Assembly (NCBI GenBank): GCA_046075565.1
Contig: JBJTQJ010000059.1
Span: 1-41,731, forward strand
Direction: 5' to 3'
Length of the DNA: 41,731 nt
From: Verrucomicrobiales bacterium
GTDB lineage: Bacteria > Verrucomicrobiota > Verrucomicrobiia > Verrucomicrobiales > SLCJ01
Below the pieces are notes generated by a model, which made no database searches, was not told where the DNA came from, and saw only the letters and a program-made list of their open reading frames with translations. Below, piece by piece: positions 9,026 through 16,812 of this stretch. A program made the position numbers and the translations under genes. Numbering within the stretch: position 1 is the stretch's first letter; every line of letters starts with the position of its first letter.

Positions 9026-9214
9026 TCACCTCCGCCTGAGCTTCTTCACCATCGCGATGGCTGAAAGGATGCCCACGGCCAGACCGACGAGCAACGAGCC
9101 GACACGCAGGTGCCATTCCACCTGTTCCTGCAAGGATGTGATGACACCCAGGACCGGCGAGGCGATGCCGACGATGGCTTTCATTATGTAGTCGATGTCG
9201 AAGGGTGTGCGCAT
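9026..9214 (-). CDS. Small two-TM protein, holin-like
   Basis: 62 aa, two hydrophobic segments separated by QEQVEW, basic tail KKLRRR. Confidence 0.55.
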   Translation of the reverse strand: MRTPFDIDYIMKAIVGIASPVLGVITSLQEQVEWHLRVGSLLVGLAVGILSAIAMVKKLRRR

Positions 9215-9229
9215 GGGGCATGGTTCCTG

Positions 9230-9615
9230 TCAATCCTGGGCGGCACCGGCCTCGGTCCGCAGATACTTTTCCGCCCAGGCCGTGTAGCGTTTGGTCAGTT
9301 CGTTGTAGCTGGCGGCGTCCCCTCTGGCCTTGGCGGCGTCGATGTCCTTGAGGAGTTGGTTCATGTATTGACCGGGCGGCTTATTCCAGAGGAACAAGCG
9401 ACTGATCGTAAAGAGGTCGGGCGCGGAAGCAGTGCCCAAAGCGGCGATGATTGGCGGCTTGATCGCGTTGGCCAGCACCACCGAATCCCCCGGCTCTTTC
9501 GGGGCGGCAATTTCCGGGGGTCTGGTGGCTTCCGCGAGTTGAGCAGGATCTCCGGACACCGGCACATCCGCGATGACTGGCCGTGGTGCCGAATTCGCCA
9601 TCTGAACTGGGTCAC
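9230..9615 (-). pseudogene. Hypothetical protein, probably 5'-truncated at the 79-bp repeat (or intact from ATG 9601)
   Basis: High-GC3 frame starting with a Pro/Ala-rich linker directly at the repeat edge; the ORF extension to 9772 just reads through the repeat. Confidence 0.45.
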
Positions 9616-9694
9616 CAACCCCCTTTTCCCCGCCCACCGGTCCGCCCCAAGCGCTGTTGCAATGGCTGCCCGCCAAAAGCAAATTCCTAGCAGC
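9616..9694 (+). repeat. 79-bp direct repeat, copy 2
   Basis: 75/79 identical to 253-331; offset 9363 nt. Confidence 0.95.
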
Positions 9695-9844
9695 AACCTC
9701 GCCTGCTACGAATGTCTGGAGGGCAACTTGGATGAAGCCAAGCGCCTCATCGCAGACCACCTCATCATCCATCCGGATTTAAAGGAACGAGCCTTCGCTG
9801 AGCCAGACTTCACAGCCATCCGAGATTTTATCGAAGCTCTTTAG
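9695..9844 (+). pseudogene. C-terminal remnant of a TPR protein (TPR end-of-group-like)
   Basis: NLACYECLEGNLDEAKRLIA...AFAEPDFTAIRDFIEAL-stop matches the YNLAC...D.DF terminal TPR pattern. It has no start of its own and begins right after the repeat. Confidence 0.7.
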
Positions 9845-9859
9845 AACTGATCAAAGCCC

Positions 9860-10516
9860 ATGCCTACCCAGTCCCGCACCGTCCGAGTTTTTTTAAGTTC
9901 CACCTTCCGGGATTTTGCCGAGGAGCGGGATTTGCTGGTGAGAAAGATTTTCCCGGAACTTCGTCGCAGATGCCGTGAGCGCCAGGTCGAGTTGGTGGAT
10001 GTCGATTTGCGTTGGGGCATCACCGAGGAGGAGGCTCAGCAGGGAAAGGTGCTGCCAATCTGCCTTGCTGAAATTGACCGCTCGCGGCCCTTTTTCATGG
10101 GCTTTATCGGCGACCGCTATGGCTGGGTGCCGGAGAAGAACCAATACGACCTCTCCCTGCTGCTGGAGCAGCCCTGGCTCGAGGCACACCGCGGCGACAA
10201 GAGCGTCACCGAGCTGGAGATCCTCCACGGCGTCCTCGACAATCCCGCGATGGAGAAGCGCGCCTTCTTCTACTTCCGCGATCCGGCCTGGTCCGAGGCG
10301 CAGGGTGGTGCCTACCTGTGCGAGGGAACGGACGAGAGGGCGAAGCTCGAAGAGCTCAAGGACCGCATCCGCCGGAGCGGCTTCCCCGTCGTCGAAAACT
10401 ACGCCAGCCCCGAAGAACTCGCCGAGCGGGTCCGGGAGGATCTCTGGCAGCTCATCGACGAGGCCTATCCGGAGAGCGAGGTGCCCGATGCCCTTTCAGG
10501 GAACTCATGTTCGTAA
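9860..10516 (+). pseudogene. DUF4062-domain protein, probably the 3'-truncated N-terminus of a DUF4062-NTPase-TPR protein
   Basis: RVFLSSTFRDF..ER, VDLRWG, CLAEIDR, GDRYG, SVTELEI. Coding style collapses after ...EVPDAL (~10495) and no P-loop follows. Confidence 0.75.
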
Positions 10517-10989
10517 AATGTGAAGCTGGTGTTCATTACATAGGCGGATCGGCCCGGCACCCTGAACGCGAAGCGTGGGTGCGACCGATTCCAGCATGAC
10601 TCCAACCGGCTATGCCGACCGGAGCCCTTTGGCGTTTGGCCGGAAACCGACCCTCAGACGAAGAAAAAATCATCCGTCTCAGACCTGCGCATTACGCGCT
10701 TTTGTTTCGAAAATCGGGCGTTACCCGAAGTGGTGCTTCAGAATGGGGAATTCTGGTATGAGTTGTAACCTCGGAGTTTCACCGAACAGACGCCACGAAA
10801 TCATTGTTCCGCAGCCAATCCACTGGCATGGCACCAGTGGAGCTTTTCGTGGGCCGTAGGCCCTATGTGTAAATCACCGGATGGCGAATTCACACATCAG
10901 TATGCACCCGGACAATTCAGAGGCAAGCACCTTCTAGGCAATTTCAACAGGCGGGACTCTCCGGTTATGCGTACGCCTCGCACAATCTG

Positions 10990-11052
10990 GTAACGGTTTA
11001 GTAACGGTTTTTGATGCCTATTCGTGCATTTCCATGCCTTTCGGTGCCTTTT
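10990..11052. repeat. Helically phased short direct repeats, att-arm / recombination-factor-site-like
   Basis: GTAACGGTTT at 10990 and 11001; RTGCMTWT at 11014, 11024, 11034 and 11044; about 60-125 nt beyond the tRNA-Ser 3' end. Confidence 0.7.
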
Positions 11053-11113
11053 ACACCGTCGTTTGAAAATGCGCCTTATGACGCTGAAAGCCTTATTTCA
11101 CAAGGAAAAGTAG

Positions 11114-11201
<88 letters not shown>

Positions 11202-11220
11202 TGGTAGGTTGCGGGAAAAA

Positions 11221-11706
11221 TCAGGTGACGGGCTCCAACTCGGGATTGGCGTCCTCGGTTTTGGAGCCGAGGAAGGAGATAATGAGCAGGAGCACGTTGA
11301 CGGTGAGGATGGCGGCCGGACTGAATGGTCCACTGATATCGATGACGTCCTTGAGCCGGGTATCGACACCGGCCGGGATGCCCTGGGGAAGCGGGTTGGT
11401 GCCTTTGGTCACTTCCCACATGAGTTCAGGGAAAATGACAATAAGGAAAGCAAAGGTGGAGGCGAAGAAGGCAAAGGCCCCGATCATCCGCCAGAGGATA
11501 TTCGGGCTGATGGAGCTGCTGCCGCCGGAGACAAGCGCGACGAGTTGGAAGGCGAGCACGGCCCCACCGGCGAGGATGGAAACGGGCACGACTTTTTGCC
11601 ACAAGCCGGGCTCGAGGCTGAGGCCGGAGCACACCATGGTGATGACGACCAGCAGGAGGGCCAGGAGGGCAAGGACGCGGCTGAAGGAAGAGGCGGGGAA
11701 GGTCAT
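11221..11706 (-). CDS. Hypothetical membrane protein (about 4 TM)
   Basis: Start reassigned to MTFPASS (ATG 11706) to avoid overlapping the amidase; four hydrophobic helices. Confidence 0.75.
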   Translation of the reverse strand: MTFPASSFSRVLALLALLLVVITMVCSGLSLEPGLWQKVVPVSILAGGAVLAFQLVALVSGGSSSISPNILWRMIGAFAFFASTFAFLIVIFPELMWEVTKGTNPLPQGIPAGVDTRLKDVIDISGPFSPAAILTVNVLLLIISFLGSKTEDANPELEPVT

Positions 11707-11767
11707 AGGATGAGTCGGGAAATGTGGCGGATTTTCCTGATTCCGCAACCGGCGATTCGGCGCCAGT

Positions 11768-12394
11768 TCATTTCGAATACGCCGCCCGGAGGGCCGTAAC
11801 CGGGAAATTCTTACCCGGGCATTCGCGCGCGGACCGCTCGACTTCGGCGTGCAGGCGCACCGGGTGCGGACCGATTTTGGCGGTGAGGTAGTCGAGCAAT
11901 TCATCAAGGGCTTCCAATTGGGCCCGGCTGGGCTCCTTACGGTTGAATTCCCCGACCAGGGCGATGGCAATGGCATCCGCCTCCTGCCGGGGGTCCTGCA
12001 AGCTCTGGGAGGCGACTCCTTCCCTCCATCGGCGCGTCACGAAAATGTCACCATCCCCGAAGCCCCGGCCGTTTCCGATGACAAAATGGTAGGCCAGCCC
12101 GTCGGCAAGGCCCCGGACGCGGCGGTGGTTGTCCTCCAGCGATGAGGGGCTGGCGTTGGCACTGCCGGTCGAGTGGATGATGGTCAGCACCGGCTTTCCG
12201 CGTTTGCCGAGGCCGGAGTCGACATCGGCGCGGGTTTCGGCACCGAGTTTGACCCAGGCTTGCCGGGGTTCGTTGAAACTGAAGCCTTCGCTGGACGGTT
12301 CGGGCCCAGCCTCCGGTTTCCCGCATCCCGCCAAGATCGTCCCGAAGAGGGCGATGATCGGAAAAAGGAGTTGGCACGATGACGAGACTTGCAT
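11768..12394 (-). CDS. N-acetylmuramoyl-L-alanine amidase (Amidase_2/PGRP-like), lipoprotein
   Basis: Lipobox LAGC; IIHST, LAYHFVIGNG, IAIALVGEFN, LH..V, ECPG. Start reassigned to ATG 12394. Confidence 0.85.
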   Translation of the reverse strand: MQVSSSCQLLFPIIALFGTILAGCGKPEAGPEPSSEGFSFNEPRQAWVKLGAETRADVDSGLGKRGKPVLTIIHSTGSANASPSSLEDNHRRVRGLADGLAYHFVIGNGRGFGDGDIFVTRRWREGVASQSLQDPRQEADAIAIALVGEFNRKEPSRAQLEALDELLDYLTAKIGPHPVRLHAEVERSARECPGKNFPVTALRAAYSK

Positions 12395-12442
12395 TTGATT
12401 CGGAGGACTAAGGCGCGGAACATTGGGTCCCGCAACCAAACC

Positions 12443-13573
12443 ATGGCTCGTATCCTCATTCTCACGGCCGGCTTCGGTGAAGGCCACAACACGGCCGCGC
12501 GATGCACAGGAGAAGCACTGGGTGCGCTGGGGCAGCCGGTGGAGACCAAGGTGATTGACCCCATCGCCCTCGCCTGCCCGAGACTCGCGGGGGTCACGCG
12601 CGAGGCCTACTTGGGGGTCATCAACCATGTTCCCTTAATCTGGAAGGCGGTATACGAATTGGCGGACCGTGCCGGAGATGATCCCTTGGCTGCGCCGGGG
12701 ATGCGCGCGGCCTGCGCACGACTCGCCTCCGAGTTGCGGGAATTCAAACCGAACATCGTGATCACGACCTATCCGGTGTATGTCGGGTTCTGGGCCCATC
12801 TTTTCCCGGTGGGCAGCCCGGCACCGTGCCCGCTGGTGACGGTGGTTACCGATTCGATCACCGTGAACTCGATCTGGACCCGCGGGCGTTCGGACCTCTG
12901 GTGCGTGACGGATGAAGGAACGGCCAGCCGATTGTGCGACCTCGGCATCGATGCCTCGCAAATCCGCGTGACCGGCTTCCCGGTCTCTCCGCGTTTGGCA
13001 GAATTCCAAAGGGAAAAGGCCGCTCCAGCGGCTGATGAGCCCTTCCGTTTGCTTTGGTTTCCCATCGCGTCAAAGCGCCACACCCGCGCATGGCTGAATG
13101 CCCTTGAGAAGTTGCCCAGTTCTCCCGCGTGGACCTGCACGGTCGTGTTGGGCAAACACAAGGACAACCTCCGCCCGATGATCGAAGCGGCCATTTCCTC
13201 GGGAAAGCTTCCACCGGGCACCGGGATTATCGGCTGGACGGATCAAATCCCGCGCCTGCTCAATGAACACCACGCCGTGCTCGGAAAAGCGGGTGGAGCG
13301 ACGGTCCACGAAGCCCGCACGGCCGCACGCCCGATGGGCATCCACTACATGGTGCCCGGCCAGGAAGAAGGCAATGCCATCTTGCTGGAAAACGAAAAAG
13401 GCGGCCGCCTGATCGCCGGGCCGAGCGCCCTCGCCGCGCTTTGGGACGAGTGGACCCGTGATAACTTCGCCGGTTGGAAGGCCGCCCACGCCTCCCTCCT
13501 CGCCTCCGCGCCTCCCGATCCCGCCCATCGATTGGCACGACTTTCGCTCTCTCTGCTCTCCCCTACCCCATGA
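12443..13573 (+). CDS. GT28 MGDG-synthase/UgtP-like diacylglycerol glycosyltransferase
   Basis: ILILTAGFGEGHN, VVTD, TGFPV, GKAGGATVHE, VPGQEEGNA. Confidence 0.88.
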   Translation: MARILILTAGFGEGHNTAARCTGEALGALGQPVETKVIDPIALACPRLAGVTREAYLGVINHVPLIWKAVYELADRAGDDPLAAPGMRAACARLASELREFKPNIVITTYPVYVGFWAHLFPVGSPAPCPLVTVVTDSITVNSIWTRGRSDLWCVTDEGTASRLCDLGIDASQIRVTGFPVSPRLAEFQREKAAPAADEPFRLLWFPIASKRHTRAWLNALEKLPSSPAWTCTVVLGKHKDNLRPMIEAAISSGKLPPGTGIIGWTDQIPRLLNEHHAVLGKAGGATVHEARTAARPMGIHYMVPGQEEGNAILLENEKGGRLIAGPSALAALWDEWTRDNFAGWKAAHASLLASAPPDPAHRLARLSLSLLSPTP

Positions 13574-14169
13574 TCCGCAACTTTCTCTTTGATATTGGCA
13601 ATGTCCTTCTGGCCTTCGATCTGACTCCTGCCGTGGCCCGGTTGAACCATCGGCAAGACCTGACGACAGAACAAGCGACCGCGCATCTGGTTTCCCACCG
13701 CGACCTCATGGAAGCCGGGAAGATACCACCGGAGGTGTTCATCTCGCGCCTCACGCACGATCTGGCTTGGCCGGGAAATCCGGGCGAGGCGGCCGCCATC
13801 TACGCCGACATCTTCACTCCGATTCTTCCGAACTGGGAACTGGCCGACAACCTCTCAAAGCGCGGATTCCGTCTCGTGCTTTTCTCGAACATCAGCCCCA
13901 TCCATTCCGAATTCATCAACACCCGATACGAGGTGTTCTCGCTCTTCCCGGAGGCGATTTTTTCCTACAACACCGGCGACATCAAACCCCGCGACGGGAT
14001 GTATCGCGAGGCCGTGGAAAAACTCGGCATGAAACCGGAAGAAACCTTCTACATCGACGATAATCCCGATAACATTGCCACCGGAAAACGTTTCGGATTT
14101 CACACGCATCTTTACGATGCCGCGCACCATGATTCGCTTATCGGAGCACTCGTCAAAGCCGGAATCTAA
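13570..14169 (+). CDS. HAD-family phosphatase (YihX-like)
   Basis: FLFDIGNVL, LFSN, KP, YIDD..DN; ATGA overlap with the upstream stop. Confidence 0.88.
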   Translation: MIRNFLFDIGNVLLAFDLTPAVARLNHRQDLTTEQATAHLVSHRDLMEAGKIPPEVFISRLTHDLAWPGNPGEAAAIYADIFTPILPNWELADNLSKRGFRLVLFSNISPIHSEFINTRYEVFSLFPEAIFSYNTGDIKPRDGMYREAVEKLGMKPEETFYIDDNPDNIATGKRFGFHTHLYDAAHHDSLIGALVKAGI

Positions 14170-14187
14170 CAACAAAATCTCCAATCC

Positions 14188-15429
14188 ATGCCACTCCAAC
14201 TCATTTCCTTTTTCGGCGTTGTCTTGTTGCTCGCGGCCGCGTATGCGCTCAGCTGGGATCGGAAGAAGATCCGCTGGCGCACCATCGCGACCGCCCTCGC
14301 CTTGCAAACCGGACTTGGTGTCGTGGTATTTTTCACGAGCTGGGGCCAGGCCCGGCTCGGCGATCTGACCAATCTCGTCAACCAGGTGCTCGGCGCGGGA
14401 CAGGCGGGCATCCAATTCCTCTTCGGCGCGCTGGTTTCCGACCAGATGTTCGAGGTCTTTGGCAAACCGGGCTTTATCTTCGCATTGCGGGTGCTGCCGG
14501 TCATCATATTCCTCTCCTCGCTCGTCTCCGTGCTCTACTATATCGGTGTGATGCAGTGGGTGGTGAGATTGATCGGCGGGGCCCTGCGGCGGTTGCTCGG
14601 CACGAGTCCCGCCGAATCACTCAGCGCGGCGGCGAACATCTTTGTCGGCCAGACCGAAGCGCCGCTGGTCATCCTCCCCTACATTGCGGGCATGACCAAA
14701 TCGGAATTATTCGCCGTCATGGTCGGGGGCCTCGCCTCCGTGGCCGGATCGGTGTTGGTTGGTTACGTCGGCTTGGGCGCGGACATGCGGTATCTATTGG
14801 CGGCGTCTTTCATGGCGGCGCCGGGTGGGTTGCTCTTTGCCAAAATGATCCGTCCGGAAGTGGACAAACCGACCGACACCGCGCTCGCTCCCGCGTCTCC
14901 GGAGGATGCTCCCGCCAATGTGCTAGATGCGGCGGCGGGCGGAGCGGGCGACGGCCTGAAACTCGCCCTCAATGTCGGGGCCATGCTGCTGGCCTTCATC
15001 GGACTCATCGCCCTCGCCAACCTCATCTTGTCAGGTATCGGCGGATGGTTCGGTCATCCGGAACTGAGCCTGCAACTCATGCTCGGTTATCTCTTTTCAC
15101 CGCTGGCTCTCGCCCTCGGCATCCCATGGGAAGAATGCCAGCGGGCAGGGAGTTTGATCGGGCAGAAGCTCGTGCTCAACGAATTCGTGGCCTTCGGCCA
15201 GTATTCCACTTGGAAGGAACTCTTCTCGCCCCGCACGCAAGCGATGGTCACGGTCGCGCTCACCGGTTTCGCGAATTTCTCCTCGATCGCCATCCTTCTC
15301 GGCGGACTCGGCGGCATGGCCCCGGAACGAAGGGGCGACATCGCGCGCTTCGGCATCCGGGCCGTGTTCGCCGCCACCCTTTCGAACCTGACCAGCGCCG
15401 CCATCGTCGGGATCTTCTTCGTCGGGTGA
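14188..15429 (+). CDS. nupC: CNT-family (NupC-like) nucleoside transporter
   Basis: [45 protein letters not shown]. Confidence 0.92.
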   Translation: MPLQLISFFGVVLLLAAAYALSWDRKKIRWRTIATALALQTGLGVVVFFTSWGQARLGDLTNLVNQVLGAGQAGIQFLFGALVSDQMFEVFGKPGFIFALRVLPVIIFLSSLVSVLYYIGVMQWVVRLIGGALRRLLGTSPAESLSAAANIFVGQTEAPLVILPYIAGMTKSELFAVMVGGLASVAGSVLVGYVGLGADMRYLLAASFMAAPGGLLFAKMIRPEVDKPTDTALAPASPEDAPANVLDAAAGGAGDGLKLALNVGAMLLAFIGLIALANLILSGIGGWFGHPELSLQLMLGYLFSPLALALGIPWEECQRAGSLIGQKLVLNEFVAFGQYSTWKELFSPRTQAMVTVALTGFANFSSIAILLGGLGGMAPERRGDIARFGIRAVFAATLSNLTSAAIVGIFFVG

Positions 15430-15475
15430 ACCTTGGAATTCGCTTCCGTGAAAAATCGGGATCCTTAACCAAAGG

Positions 15476-15510
15476 AAAAACGGAGGTCGCTTCCGCAACC
15501 TCCGTTTCTT
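15476..15510. terminator. Bidirectional intrinsic terminator between convergent nupC and ssb
   Basis: Stem aaacggaggt (15478-15487) / acctccgttt (15498-15507) with A-rich and T-rich flanks. Confidence 0.8.
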
Positions 15511-15543
15511 GAGTCTGAAAAATTTCCTAATGAACTCCCGGGA

Positions 15544-16017
15544 TCAGAATGGGATATCATCGTCGTCGGGACCGGCATGGCTGGCTGAGCCTGCTTCGGA
15601 CCGGGATGACGGGCGCTCATCGTTATATCCGTCGTCGTGGCGGCGAGATCCTCCTCCACCCCCTCCACCGGAGTCCCCTTCGCCTCGACCGCCGAGAAGC
15701 TGCAGCGCCTCGGCAACGACCTTGAGCTTGCTGCGCTTCTGGCCGGTTGCCTTGTCCTCCCAGCTGTCCATCTGCAGCCTTCCCTCGATGTAAACGGGGC
15801 GGCCCTTGCGGAGATACTGTTGGGCGATTTCGGCGGTCCGGCCCCAAAGGGTGACATCCACGTAGGTGGTGTCTTCCCGTTTCTCGCCGTTTTCGGCGGT
15901 ATAGGCCCGGTTGATGGCGAGGGCAATGTCGCCGACGGCGGTGCCTTTCGGGGTATGACGGACTTCGGGATCGCGGGTGAGATTGCCGATGAGGATGACT
16001 TTGTTGACGTTGGCCAT
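15544..16017 (-). CDS. ssb: Single-stranded DNA-binding protein
   Basis: NKVILIGNLTRDPE, KGRPVYIEGRL, Gly-rich linker, C-terminal DDDDIPF. Confidence 0.97.
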   Translation of the reverse strand: MANVNKVILIGNLTRDPEVRHTPKGTAVGDIALAINRAYTAENGEKREDTTYVDVTLWGRTAEIAQQYLRKGRPVYIEGRLQMDSWEDKATGQKRSKLKVVAEALQLLGGRGEGDSGGGGGGGSRRHDDGYNDERPSSRSEAGSASHAGPDDDDIPF

Positions 16018-16041
16018 AGGTGCGTGATGTGAGTGGTTAGG

Positions 16042-16055
16042 TGTTCACGAGAACA
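16042..16055. promoter_or_regulatory. Putative LexA (SOS) box upstream of ssb
   Basis: TGTTC-ACGA-GAACA, a perfect match to the TGTTC-N4-GAACA motif known for Verrucomicrobia LexA. It sits at the -10 position relative to a minus-strand TTGACA (16070-16075). Confidence 0.75.
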
Positions 16056-16200
16056 GAATCCGTCCAGATTGTCAAGACGGAAGATCGCATTTAGCGAAAT
16101 TTTCCGGTGTTCGTCAACTCCAGAGGTGGGAATTCACCTTATCTGGAGAAAAATTCTCTTCGACCGGATAAGTTGCCCTGGTGGTCTGAGACCGCCAACC

Positions 16201-16767
16201 TCAGGGTTCCCAAACCCTTTTGTTGTCCACCTCGACCACATCATTGGGCAAAAGACGAACTACTTTATCCGCGTCCTTCTCCATATTGTAGGTTTTCTTG
16301 TCTTCGCCCGGACGTAAAAGGAAAACCCGCTTCTTTTGACCGAAGCGGTCGGCACCACCCGCCGCCGTGTAGGCTTGGAAGATGGTCATGTTTTCAACAT
16401 AATCCTGCGGCCCAGGACGCCCGACCTGACCCCCAACGGTGATTCGACGTGCTTGGGGCGGAGCATCCACGATGGCCGTGAAACTGGGATTGGAGTAGAT
16501 CCCGGCGTTCTTGTAGGCGGCAGTCATGTTCTGCGCCAGTTGTCCTTCGGTCAGACCGGCGGCCTGCAAGCCGCCTTGGAGAAAGGGGAGCCCGACAAGC
16601 CGGCCATTGGCATCGACCTTGTAAACCCCATTCAGCATGTTCATGTCTTTCTCGGGCACGCTGCGGACGGTCACTTTGACCGCATCACCGGCACCAATGG
16701 TCGCTACTTGCGCCGAGATAGGGGACAAGGCGGCCAGACAAAGAAGAAGGATGCAAAGAAGGCGCAT
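16201..16767 (-). CDS. Short polysaccharide export protein (OPX/Wza-like; Poly_export plus SLBB)
   Basis: Sec signal without a lipobox; IGAGDAV, YKVDANG...LPFL, AAGLT..QL, ITVGGQVGRPG, AAGG, LLPNDVVEV. Alternative GTG start at 16812. Confidence 0.85.
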   Translation of the reverse strand: MRLLCILLLCLAALSPISAQVATIGAGDAVKVTVRSVPEKDMNMLNGVYKVDANGRLVGLPFLQGGLQAAGLTEGQLAQNMTAAYKNAGIYSNPSFTAIVDAPPQARRITVGGQVGRPGPQDYVENMTIFQAYTAAGGADRFGQKKRVFLLRPGEDKKTYNMEKDADKVVRLLPNDVVEVDNKRVWEP

Positions 16768-16812
16768 GAAAACTCGGAAGTGGGGGTTAGGACTTTGAAA
16801 TTCAGACTTCAC

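Noticed and set aside
9110-9844. 244-aa plus-strand ORF
   Set aside because: Chimeric read-through of antisense sequence, the 79-bp repeat and the TPR stub; only the last 49 aa look protein-like.
10575-10859. 94-aa ORF as a possible integrase remnant
   Set aside because: No tyrosine-recombinase R-H-R-Y motifs were recognisable in the frames examined.
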